A stretch of DNA of 64,000 nt from positions 7,502,001-7,566,000 of the forward strand of contig JBHGNT010000020.1 of assembly GCA_043228905.1 (NCBI GenBank), in the 5' to 3' direction. Shown here piece by piece: positions 1 to 11,800 of this stretch (position 1 is its first letter; each line of letters begins with the position of its first letter). Below the pieces are notes generated by a model. The model was not told where the DNA came from and did not search any database. It was given only the letters and a program-made list of their open reading frames with translations. The DNA is from Azolla caroliniana (taxonomy: Eukaryota > Plantae > Polypodiophyta). Made by a program: the position numbers and the translations under genes.

Positions 1-1509
1 CCATGTCCTTAGTTCCGCTGACATATCGCAATATCCTTTGCGCGCACTGAAAGTGTTCGGCCGTGGGCTGCAACATAAATTGATTGATCAAACCGACCGG
101 GTAACTAAGATCCGACCAAGTGATGGTCAAGTAGATTAGGCTTCCGACAATCTATTGGAACTGTGTCGAGTCGCATGCCTTTCCCGAATCTCGGCAAAGC
201 TTTACGTGATACATCCAGAGGGGTCGAGATGGGCTTACAAGCTTCCATCACGTACTTAAAGAGCATATTCAATGCGTAGTGATGTTGGCTGATCAATATG
301 CCTTCGGGGATACGGATCACTTCAATCCTAAGGAAGTAATGAAGGCCGCCAAGATCCTTCATTTCAAACGATGCCGCAAGTTGAGACTTGACGTGGCTGA
401 TTTCTTCTAGGTCGGCACCGGGGATGACTAAATCATCAACATAAAGTAAAACAAAAACCGGTCCATGTCGACCTTGTCGAATGAACAACGAAGAGTTTGA
501 TATTGACGTCGTACACCCCATTCTATGCAACTGTTGTGTAATCTTCGCGTTTCAAGCTCGCGGGGCTTGTTTAAGTCCATATAACGCCTTCTTTGATCGA
601 CAGACTGCCAAAGTGTTCTGTTCGGATAGAAATCCAGGGCGTTGTACCATGTACACCTGTTCCTCAAGATCACCTTACAGGAATGCATTTTTTACATCCA
701 TCTGATGTAAGTGCCACCCCTTCACTGCTGCTACGGCTAGCAGAACATGCACCGTGGTCATCTTCGTGACAAGCGCAAACGTCTCGTCGTAATCTACGTT
801 GTGCTTCTGCGTATAACCTTTTGCAACCAAATGGGCCTTATATCAGTTGATCGAGCCGTCGGTGTTGTATTTCACCTTAAACACGCATCTACAGCGGATT
901 GACTTGACACCTTTAGATGCGATAACCAGGTCCCTAGTCTTGTTGTTCGTTAAAGCGTGCATCTCTTCCTCCATCGAGGTACGCCAATTCGCGTTGTTGT
1001 GCCTTTCGGCTTTGGATCGTTGCGTGAGTCGGGTGGGAACCACTGAGGTTTTGGACTAGGAGAAAGAAGAATATGAGGTAAGGCTAGTAATGAATAGGTA
1101 GAAAGAGAGGTAAGTTATGAATCTCGTGATTCCCACAAGTTTAGTGTATTTAATCAATATTTAGATAGTAAAAGACAATTTAGATGACAATCCGTGAATC
1201 TCACGAACATATTATATTGGTCAATCTTTACAAAATAATCAACAACCCTATACATCTTTCTCTCCTCCTTATATAAGGATGGGAGAGACTAAGCATAGCT
1301 TTCTGCCTTTTCTCAAGTGTTCATGCACACTAAATGTGCATGAGTTGCCTTTTTCCACTATGCTTTTATTTCCTAAATATAGTGCTCATGCACGCTAGAT
1401 GTGCACGAGTATTAGTTTATATTTTTCTTGTAAATAAAGTATTCACGCACTCTAAAAATGCATGATTTACCTTTTAATAAAGGTATGCATAAATAAAAGT
1501 CTTATAGCT

Positions 1510-1908
1510 ATTAAATCTATATTTATAACACTTATGATAAGTTAATACAATGGTAAAGTTTTGGTTTATTTACATGGAGGTACATGATTCAAATCTTACC
1601 TTATGCATGTAATAAATATTTTAAAATTTTCTTTTATTTATATATATGTACTTAAATCGGATATATTATTTTTACATTTTTCATGTAGTGTGCGGACTAC
1701 ACTACGACACTTAAATCTATATTATAACACTTATGATAAGTTAATACAATGGTAAAGTTTTGGTTTATTTACGTGGAGGTACAAGATTCGAATCCTGCCC
1801 TATGCATGTAATAAATATTTTAATATTTTCTTTTATTTATATATATGTACTTAAATCAGATATATTATTTTTACATTTTTCATGTAGTGTGCGAACTACA
1901 CTACGACA
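1510..1908. repeat. ~199-bp tandem duplication of the LTR 5' (U3) end
   Basis: 1510-1709 is repeated at 1710-1908, and both copies end in CTACGACA. Confidence 0.9.
1735..1806 (+). promoter_or_regulatory. Degenerate tRNA-like / Pol III A-B box cassette in the family C LTR (other copies ~1536-1607 and ~40315-40386)
   Basis: TAATACAATGGTA (A-box-like), AGGT, then GATTCGAATCC (B-box-like) at tRNA spacing. The stems are mostly decayed. Confidence 0.45.
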
Positions 1909-4657
1909 ACGTCTTTCGCCGCTTCTGCGTAGCTCTCCGGCTCAAGCACTTCCGCCACTCATGTCATGTTCGCATAATGGTGCCCCATGTATTCATTGTA
2001 CCTGTATCTTTTTACGGGGTTCTTCAGGCGGGTAGATCGGCGTAATTCGTGATTACCCGATTTCAACCTCTTCCACGGAGGTTCATTCTCGATTGGCCCG
2101 GAGTCAGATTCGCTCCGATCTGACTCGGCACTACCGAAATCGTATTCCGACATTTTCTTCTTCCGTTTTTCTTTACGTGTGAACTGTCTCCTCGGTACTT
2201 TACACAGGGACAACATGACCAAGTCTCCACTACTCACCAACTCTTCATTTGGTTGGCCATCTCGACCCAACCCCTCATTCGGCCCACTTAGCCGAAATGA
2301 GATCGGACTCTCTGTCAGAGTTCCGATTTTCTCATCACATAGAGGCAGCTCGGCCTCACTGACCTCTTCTTCAGAATTCGGAATGGAGTCATGAGGTATT
2401 GGAGGTGAAGGCAAGTACCACGAAGCGAACTCGTTGAACATGACATCTCGGCTTACGCGAACTTCGTTTGTTCAGGGTTTATAGCACTTATACCCCTTCT
2501 ACTCGTCTGAATAGCCAACCAAGATACACTGCTCGGCTTTGGCCTCCAGTTTCCTCCTCTTCTCCTTCCCGTAATATAGCTCATGTGGCGACACTCCTCC
2601 ATTAGCAGAAGTCTGATTTTGCAAGTAAACAACCATCCTTACGGCTTCAGCCAAGTAAAACTTCAGCATATGCTTCTCTTCAAGCATTGCCCTGATAGCT
2701 TCTTCGATCGTTCGATTCTTTCGTTCAGCCACGCCATTCTACTGCGGCATGTATCTACACAAGAATTCGTGTCAAATCCCTTGCTTCTGTAGATAACTTG
2801 TGAACTGGTCGGAGAAGTACTCATTCCTACCATCAGACTGTAGGCACTTGATCCTACGCCCAATTTCCCTTTCCACAAGGCTCTTCACTTTTCGGAACCA
2901 CGTGAAGACTTCGCTCTTTTTTGCGATCAAGCACGCTCGGGTGTGTCGAGTAAAGTCATCGATGAAGGTTACGAAGTAACGGCTTCCACCAAGACTCATG
3001 TTTTGTGCCGGTCCCCACACATCCGAATGGATTAAGTCGAGCGGATTTCGACTCCGATTATGCTCGTTTGGGAACGGAAGTCGGTGTTGCTTCCCTAGTT
3101 GGCAGGCTTCGCAGAATTGGCCATCCTGGCCACGAAATTTAGGCAAACCGAAAACAATGTTCTTCGTGTACATTTCACGAAGCCATGGGAAGTTAACGTG
3201 GCCGAACCACTTGTGCCATACGTCGATATCCGATTCGACCTTCTGTCCTTTCGTGAACAGTGTGGCTTCGGCTTGATTGGTGTCGAGGATGAACATCCTC
3301 CCTTCACAACGCCCTTGCGCGATGACTTGGCCTTCCTCTTCGATGTAGCTCCCGAGGTGCGTGAATCGAACTTCCATCCCCTAGTCGACGATCTGTCCAA
3401 CTGACACCAGGTTCTTGGTTATTGTCGAGATGTGCAACACGTTCATGAGTTTCCCTTTCTGCCTGACGTGGCTGAGCGGAACTTCGCCGACATGTTCGAT
3501 GGTATGCGGAGCGTCCTCTCCCGTTTCGACCACTCCTTGTTTTTCTGGTTTCTCCAAGTACGAGAACCATTCATCATGACTCATCATATGATTTGACGCT
3601 CTAGAATCAACATGCCACACCTCGCTCGGTTTCGAGGTGTTCACGACCATAGAATTGGCCTTATGCTTCATTACGAAGGTTGGGCCCGATCCATTTCTGG
3701 TTCGTTCGGAACCCTCAGGGTAGTGCAATTTCTGATGTCTTCTTGCATCTCTTCCGCTCGATCTGGCTTTGTCTGAATCAGCTCTTTTTTGCCAGCACTT
3801 GCTCTCTATGTGGCCTTTCTTGCCACAGTACCAACTTCCACCGCCACTATGACTCCCCCTGCTTCTGGAGGGTTCGGAATTGCTTCCGGCATTTTGATTA
3901 TGCCACACGTTTTGCTCCTTTCGACCGCCTCCATTGCGTGCCGATCTACCTCGTCTGCCATGACCACGGGTCCTATCTTCCTCCATGTACAACATCCTGC
4001 CATCGGCGTGCGTACTTGTCGACACACCCACGTGATTTTCCTCCACGAGCAACATCGACTAAAGATCGAAGAACGAGGGCGTATTCTCCCTTGTGTAGAC
4101 TGCTGTTCGGAGTGCTCCGAACTTTGACGCTAACCCTCCAAGACAAACCTACACCATTTCGTCGTCCTCGACGTTCATGTTGACGGAGACGAGACAATCG
4201 TAGGTTTCCTTGATTCGGGCCGTGTAATCAGCCACAAAGAAATCTTTCTGTCAGACATTGTTGAGCTCCTACCTGAGCTACAACTTCCTGGCCATTGTGC
4301 TACCGCCAAAAATCCTCTTGAGATTCGCGCACGCATCCTTTGGCGTCTTCCATGTAGCTCAAGAGTTAGTCGCTCACACAGGACGCGAAGTAGTAAAGAA
4401 CTCTGCTTGCTGCTTGTTCCCAAGCCGAAAATTCTTTGTGTGTCAATTCGGGTGTTGTATCATTAGCTCCTTCGACATAACTCCAGTAACCATGATCAAG
4501 TAGGTATTGGTGCATCTTGTACAACCAAGATGCGTAGTTGCTCCTGTTGATCTTCTCAGTCGGTAGCAAGCTTCCCATTGCTCTGTCCATATTGTTGTCT
4601 TATCCTTTTCGAAAAACAATAACTTAACTCTATCTTTATCGCAAGCTTTTCTGTCGC

Positions 4658-4669
4658 GCTCTGATACCA
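4658..4669 (-). promoter_or_regulatory. PBS (tRNA-iMet) of A1
   Basis: TGGTATCAGAGC on the minus strand, directly after the LTR end ...TTTTACA. Confidence 0.92.
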
Positions 4670-5039
4670 TGTAAAAGAATACATGTGCGGAAGCGTATGC
4701 GTAAGACACAGACTACTTAGTTTAGAAGTATGATAGTTCGGTAAAAATGTAGAAATCACAAAGAAGGAGAGGGAGAGACAGAGAGAGAGAGAGAACAGAA
4801 CGAAAACTATTATTCAAAAATAAATCTTTGTATGTTCTCTGTATATATACTTCGTGCTCGGTGAGCACCTTTTATACAAGCCTTGACTATTGGGCTGACA
4901 CAAGTATTAACAGTACTTCACTACTCATAAATGAGCCTTCTACACTAACTCCCAAAATTATTCCTTACGAGGAATAACGTTCTAATGGCCTCTCGGTTTA
5001 CACACCGCTACGGCCATGTTGTGCGTACGGTTTTACGCA
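4670..5039 (-). repeat. 5' LTR of A1 (outer end at 5002 or 5039)
   Basis: Lies between the PBS and the truncated RNase H of element T, and contains TATA-like and (CT)n tracts. No partner LTR is in the window. Confidence 0.65.
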
Positions 5040-7661
5040 CCCAGTATGTGTCGTCACCTGGGCGTAGTTCAAAGTTGGGTTGCCGAGAGAGAGCATCCGC
5101 TTTCCCATGTTGAACGCCGGGTCGAAACAAGATTTCGAAGTCATAGTCGGCGAGAAAAGATGACCAACGAGCCTGCCTCCGATTCAACGTATGAGTGGTG
5201 GTAACGTAGATGAGATTCTTGTGGTTGGTCAAGACCTGAATACGATGTTGGGCCCTAGCCAGATAGGGTCACCATTCAGGGAAGGCCGAGATGATAGCTG
5301 CAAGCTCCTTGTTGTAGACCGGATAATTGATTTTCGGGGTTGTAAACTTCCGAGAGTAGAAGGTGGCCCGATGCAAGATGTCATCATCGTCAGGTTGAGA
5401 CAAGACCGCACCTATGGCAAAGTCAGAGGCATCAGTTTCAACCTGGAAAGGGCGGGTGGTGGACTAACATGGGGGCGGAGAGAAAAGTTTCTTTGAGGGC
5501 ATTAAAAGCATTGTGTGCCACGGGGGTCCAAAGAAACAGAGTATCTTTCCGGGTAAGCTGGATGAGAGGTTGGACTAGGGAAGAGAACCCGTCTATAAAT
5601 CGTCTATAAAAATTTGCAAAAACAAGAAAGGATTGTATCTCTTTCAGTCGAGTCAGGAGAGGCCAATCAGTGATCTCTACTACCTTGCGTTCATCCATTG
5701 TGATCCTGGTAGGTGAGATCATGTAACCCAGGAATTCGACAGAGGTCTGATTGAATTCGCATTTCTCACTTTTGGCGAGGAGCCCATATTCCTGGAATTT
5801 GGTGAGAACCAGCCAGACGTGGTGTGTGTGCTCCTCCAAGTTAGAAGAAAAAACTACGATGTCGTCAAGGTAGATGACAATGAAATGATCGAGATACTCT
5901 CGAAAAATATCGTTCAACATGTGTTGGAAGGCGACCGGAGTGCTGGTAAGGCCGAATGGCATCACTTTGTACTCGAAATGTCCATAACGCGTCCGAAAAG
6001 CCGTTTTCCAGTCATCCCCAAGCTTGATGCGCACCAAATTGTAGGCACCCCGAAGGTCGTTTTTGGAGAAGATATGTCCAATTCAGAATAGATTGAGGAG
6101 CACTGGAATTAAGGGCAGGGGGTAACGGTTATGCAACGTAATTTTGTTGAGACCCCGATAATCCACACATAAGCGTAAGGAGCTATCCTTCTTTTTGACA
6201 AATAAGATTGGTGCCCCGGCCGGTGATTTGGAGGGTTGAATGAAGCCCTTCGCGAGATTCTTAGCCAAATATGTGCGGAGAGCCTCAAGTTCGGGTTTAG
6301 ATAACCCATAAATAGGACTGAATGGGGGATGCTAGCCAGCTTGGAGTTCGATTGGGCAATCATAGGGGCGATGAGCCGGTAACCAATCGGCATTCCGCTT
6401 TTCGACGATGCAAGAAAAGTCGCTATATCGGACAGGTAAATTGTTTACAGGAACGGTGACGTCCCCCAACACAACGGCTAGTGTAGCGACCAAACCGGAC
6501 TCGACCACAACGGAATCAAGAGAGTGTCGTAACCTAGCAGGAATTTGCATTACTGGAAAAGTGATGGAGTGGTTACACCAATCCACCATCGCTTTGTGTG
6601 TCTCCAACCAAGATAGCGCAAACACAATCGGATGTTAGGGGGGGTTGTGATGAGGTAAAACGTAAGTTCCTCCTGATGCACCCCAACTTGAAGTACCAAT
6701 GGGATAGTGGCTTCGGTAACCACCCCCGAAGAGAGAACTTGACCGTTGATCACCTCAACGGATATGGGTTGTGATGTGCGGACGGTGGGGATATTAAGTG
6801 CGTGGACAAAGGATTTATCGATAAAGCAAGTAGATGCTCCGGAGTCGAGCAATGCATGAGAATGTATTGAAGTCGAACCAAAACAAATACTTTCAAAGTG
6901 AACCCTCCTAATGGCGGAACGGACTTGTAGGAGCATGGAGAAGGTGAGTAACGGGAAGTGTCCAACGGCATGGCTCCTACTGCAGCCGGACTTGGTCCTT
7001 TTCCTATTGTCGAGGAACCTCTGCAAGATGTGCACAATGGAATTGGTGTCGTGGGCCCCGCACCGGGTAGTGGCGGATGACATGGCCAAGGTTGCCACAA
7101 TAGAGACAGAGTCCATTGTCCCGACAATGTTGGCGTTGGGCTTCAGTTAGTGGTTAGAACTGAGCATGGTTGATCTCCATTGGGGTATGGAAATCTACCT
7201 CCGTCGTGGTATGGGTATCACTGGGTGATGGTAAGGTTGGTGTGGGAGACAAGTAGGGCCTGGCGATTGATGCATTTCAGGAAGAAGCTTGAGACCCACG
7301 AGTACCTTGTTCTTCTTGACGAAGTTCGAAGAGATTATTGTCACACTTGACAACTTGGGAGATTACTTGAGACAACGATGTGGGCTCTGGGAAGTTTAAG
7401 AGAAGAGTCTTGATGTCATTTCGGAGACCGCGACGGAAAAGGTCGCAAAGGGCTTGGAAAGAGGACGTGGTTGAACTAGGTGCCGACGATGGTTGTGACT
7501 TAGGGGATGGTGGTTTTCTTGAAGTGCCGGATTGCAACTCTCGTAATGATTCCTAAAGGATTTCATTCTCTAGTTGAAGTTGTTGCAAGGCTGCCATGAC
7601 TTGGTTTAGGTTGTCAACGGAGCCGGATATGGTAGCAAGAAAAGGGTGAAGGTGAACAAAC

Positions 7662-8073
7662 TGTCATAGAAAAATATAATAGAGCAGAGCGAAGACAAGA
7701 CTAGAAAACAAGAGAGAGGAAAAGAACAAGAACTTAACTTATAGAATCCGTAACTGGTGTTGTTCAACTTGATTAGAATCCAGGTGCACCTGAGTATTTA
7801 TACAAGAAGGTAGGGCTATGTAAGCCAGCTAGAAATAGAGTATGCATGAGTATGCATGCAATAGAGAATGCATGAGAATGTGTGCAAGCTAGAAATGAGG
7901 CTGCATGCAAGCTAGGAACTTCCAATGTTCAATCTACATTACATGAAGTTGGATTTGGTACAAGGATGCATATGTGGCTCAATTGGTAGGGTTGCCCAAT
8001 AGAGACCATGAGGTCTTGGGTTCAATCCCTACCTTTCTCCGTGACCCATATATCTATGATAGGGCCTATGACG
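7662..8073 (-). repeat. 5' LTR of T
   Basis: Terminal inverted repeat TGTCATAG...CTATGAC(G), with a minus-strand TATAAATA at 7795-7802. Confidence 0.7.
7968..8040 (+). promoter_or_regulatory. tRNA-like Pol III cassette inside the T LTR
   Basis: A box TGGCTCAATTGG at 7975, pairable D stem GCTC/GGGT, variable loop AGGTC, B box GGTTCAATCC at 8019, T stem 4 of 5 paired, exact tRNA spacing. Acceptor and anticodon stems do not pair. Confidence 0.7.
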
Positions 8074-8649
8074 AGGCCGAAGGATGGTACCACGGGAGAG
8101 GGTGTGGAGCAAGCCACCCTCTCATCTTGTGGAGAAACAATGGCCAAGGATAAGGCTAGGGGCTTTGGAGTGACGAGCACCACTTCGGGGGTCGGTGGAT
8201 GTTTCGGGATGCGGTAGTCCAAAACATGGAGCGAAGAGTATGCAAGCATAATCGAAGCTTGCAAGATCGAGGACCGAGAGGAAGAGATAGCCACAAATAG
8301 ATGCGTCGAGGTGTCGGTGGCTATGGACAACGACAACCACCTAGCTGGGGGCTTTGTAGCGACGAGCGCCACTTCGGGGGTGGATGGATGTTTCGGGATG
8401 CGGTAGTCCAAAACATGGAGCGAAGAGTATGCAAGCATAATCGAAGCTTGCAAGATCGAGGACGGAGAGGAAGATATAGCCACAGATAGCGGCGTCGAGG
8501 TGGAGGTGGCTATGGACAATGACAACAAGGTGGTTGCTCGAAGACGAGCTCTCCCCACACTAGTTCTAGAGACTAACTGTTGTTGTAAATAGATTCATGC
8601 ACATTAGCACTAACTGTGTATAAATCTGAGCAACTATTGTATTGCGACA
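8074..8649. mobile_element. Unclassified LTR-like fragment E inserted in the G1 5' LTR
   Basis: Ends in ...GCGACA exactly where the G1 LTR resumes mid-sequence (8650 corresponds to 18257). Confidence 0.45.
8155..8526. repeat. Two tandem copies with ~189-bp period
   Basis: 8155-8337 is similar to 8344-8526, and is also visible as the repeated peptide in ORF 8022-8558. Confidence 0.85.
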
Positions 8650-8836
8650 TCATTGAGTATTGTTCACCGTTCTGTGCTTATTGTATATCTTACGCGTGTT
8701 AATGATGTATTGCTAAGTAACCGATTAAGGTCCAATTAAGCGTTGTGTCGTAAGTTATCTCACTGTAACACCCTTTGGTGAAGTGTCTTAAGTGGACACC
8801 CTATGTTAGGCTGTTGTCCGGCCCTAAGGATTAACA
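8650..8836 (+). repeat. G1 5' LTR remnant
   Basis: Direct repeat of 18257-18443, ending TTAACA. Confidence 0.9.
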
Positions 8837-8843
8837 CAGTTTT

Positions 8844-8853
8844 TGGCAACCAC
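8844..8853 (+). promoter_or_regulatory. G1 PBS (tRNA-Arg-like)
   Basis: TGGCAACCAC, 7 nt after the LTR. The equivalent in G2 is TGGCGACCAC. Confidence 0.7.
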
Positions 8854-8891
8854 GATTCCTGCACAATCGTAGTGAACAGCGGCGGGAATGG

Positions 8892-11800
8892 ATGACTAGG
8901 CCAACAGACGACCCAGTTACGGAGAGAGCACGAAGATTTGTGAACGGCGAAGGCGGCGAGAGGCTTTCGGATCAATCATTTTCCAAAGAAATCTGATCGG
9001 ATCGATCATTTTCCAAAGTGATCCGGAAAGTGGCGGAGGAGTCGCTTAGTCTGCAAAAAAACGCCTACCCAGACGAAGGAAGCAGCTTAAGCAGTCTCCA
9101 GGAAGTGGAATCCCTTCTCTAGGCCTTGGCCGGAAGAGACGGCGAATCCAAAGCATTTTCAGCACTGGAATCGGATTCAGAAGGGGGTTACAACGCGCAC
9201 ACGAACTATCGCAGCAGTAACGACACCCCAGGAGGACCGGAGGACAAGGAGTCGGATACATTACCGACACTGGAACCAGAATTGTCAGACCGGGAACCTC
9301 CGGCACTAGACGTGGAGAAACCTCCGGAGACAGAAGAAGACAAAGAAAGACCTCCAACACCGGAAGTCGAGCCGGCAACACTGAAGGAAGACCGGCAAAG
9401 ACCTCCAACTCCAACAAAGGACCAGCAATGACCTCCGACGCCGACGCAACAGCAAGAAAGACCACTGACACCGCCAGCTCGCGTACCGACACTGGACGAC
9501 GACATGCCGTTCCAGTACCCCAAGTATAGGGATGACCCGGACGCGGAGGCTCATGTTCACGCTTTTCAACAAACATGGGAGGCGAATGATGTGTCACAAC
9601 GGTTAACCACAGCCGAAGAGGAACGATCTAAGATAGCCAAATTTGGTGTGACATTGGAAGGACCGGCCGCCAGATGGCACTGGACGCAGGACCCCAGCAC
9701 CATCACCACCTTTGCGGACCTGAAAGATAAATTCTTGCACTTCTTTCAGAAGGAGGTGGACCAAAGAGAAATGGTGGGCCTATTTTATACCATCCGGCAG
9801 GACCCTAGGGAGAGCATTCCGCAGTTTGTCATCGGATTTCAACGGATGCACAGTCAGCTTACCCGAACACCTCCGGAGGAAGAAACATGGGCTATATTCT
9901 TAGCCGCGCTCTGGGAACCTCTACGAACGGTATGCACGGTCATCGACTTTCGCACAAGTACCGTCGACCAGGTCATCAACTGGGTTAGAGAAATGGAGAA
10001 AACAAGCTCTTGGCTAACAATGGGAGCACTCCAACGAGCGTTACCAACCGATGAGGATCTCTGGTTTTGACAGGCCATTCAATGCACAACATGCCTAAAT
10101 GCCGAACACTCAGCACTAGAATGTACCATGAGGTCGCAATGTCTACTGTGCCATTCCAGGAACCACACAATGGAGCAGTGCGAGTACAATTTGTTGAATC
10201 GCCAAGCACCACCGGTTCGGCAAATCGAACCACGGAGTACCAAGGAGGAGGAAGAAGAATGTTGGAGGTGAGAAGAGCGGTACCGACCGGCACAAGATGT
10301 TTGGTACAGGGACAACTATGACCGATATGAGAGATATGATCGGTACCGGGATTATAATGGACGGTATGAGAGATACAATCAGGACCAATCCCCCGGTCAC
10401 AACCAACGACGGGAAGCCTACGGGAGACATGATGACCAACCCCGTCAAGAGTATCGAAACAAAAAGAAACGCCATTTCAAGAAAAGGGGTTACCTACGGG
10501 AACCGGAGAAGGGCGCCTCAAGCAACCAACTGGATCAAAGCCCCACCGTTACCACAGGTCCTCCACCGGGGGCAGGAAACAACGCCGAATCCAACACTAC
10601 CCGGAAAACATATTGCTACTATTGCCGACAAGAAGGACATTATAGTAATCAATCCTCGGCAATGAACTAGGATAAACGACCGGCGGTGAACATGGTAGTC
10701 GTCGAAGCCGCAGACCTGTAGCAGGTAACCACAAGATCGAAGGGTAAGGCGACGGAATGGGAGGCGCAAGAGGCCATCTGCAAGCAAGCAACGAAATGCG
10801 TAGAAAAGGCGAATGTGCGAAACATGGCAGAGCTTGCGCAGCAAAAGCAAAATACTGAAGAGCTCGCCGGCGGTAGTCAGCCCGAAAATGCGACATGGCA
10901 GGCATTGCAGGAATGCCAAATCATGTTGCCATTAGGACGGCTCCTGCAACTAGTGCCCAGATTCACAGAAGGACTAAAGACAGGCATGACGGTAGGAGAA
11001 ACACCACCGGCTCCAACATTCTTCTCCAATCCGGAGGAGGGACCGGCGGTAGTAGACACAAACAATCTGGCAATCACAGCCATCGTGAAGGGAAAAGAGT
11101 TACCCGGAACAGTAATAGATGGAGGATCCGGCGTCAATGTGATTAGCCTCCGAACGTGCAAAACCTTGGGAATCCAAGAGTGGGAACCATGCCCATTCTG
11201 GCTGTGGATGGCGGATACAAGCTCAGCGCGACCGACCGGCTTTATACGAGATTTGGAAGTAATGATTGGCGGCCACACATTTCACATTTCGGCAGTAGTG
11301 CTACAACTACAGGCACAAGGAGCTTACCCACTATTGTTGGGGCGGCCGTGGTTGAAAACGGCGCACATTAAACAAAACTGGAGGAAGAATATAATCACCT
11401 TCCGGCGGGGAAAAGCAAAAGTACGGGTATTGACACAAGCACGGATGGGTACCGGTAAGGAATTGACACCCCTATATGCTGAATGCGTCAATATGCTGGA
11501 CGGATTAGCAGACGAAGAGGTAGATCAATAATTGCAGGATAATCTGAAGATCGTACCTCTGTTCGAAATCGACGTAGCCGAAGCCGTATCACCATACATA
11601 CTGCCACCGGACGGAGCCGACGAGGAACCAAATAAAGAAGTGATCCGGGAGCTACGGCAAGCACAAGAGGCGCTGGAAAGATAAATGACCGTATCGCAAC
11701 AGGTTAAAGCATCCCAACTAGAGGAGGTAAATTTAGGAACTACGGAAGACGCGAGACCGGTGCACATCGCCAAGGAAATGACTCCGGAGAACAAAACGGC

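Larger units (their letters stand above)
995..1908 (-). mobile_element. Solo LTR of gypsy family C
   Basis: TG...CA ends and near identity to LTR 39013-40488. Flanks are GCGT and ACGT. Removing it plus one 4-bp copy restores host codons AAKDANW. Confidence 0.92.
1..4590 (-). pseudogene. A1 gag-pol pseudogene, split by a solo LTR at 995-1908
   Basis: Fragmented ORFs 4366-4590, 3381-4055, 2772-3377, 2499-2732, 1959-2441, 843-1043, 105-530 with stops and frameshifts. Confidence 0.9.
1..5039 (-). mobile_element. Ty1/copia LTR retrotransposon A1, degenerate, 3' part outside the window
   Basis: Minus-strand order gag (MDRAMGSLLPTEKINRSNYASW), protease (WHVDSRASNHM), integrase (WHKWFGH, LIHSDVWGP), RT (LLYVDDLVI). 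Met PBS at 4658-4669. Homologous to A2. The outer LTR edge is approximate. Confidence 0.9.
5044..8073 (-). mobile_element. Chromovirus-type (Tcn1-like) Ty3/gypsy element T, 5' half, degenerate
   Basis: Gag remnant from ~7630, protease [32 protein letters not shown] and YLDDI, RNase H ending HGKADALSR. Cut by the A1 insertion. Confidence 0.85.

Noticed and set aside
7968-8040. Functional tRNA gene
   Set aside because: The acceptor and anticodon stems do not pair.
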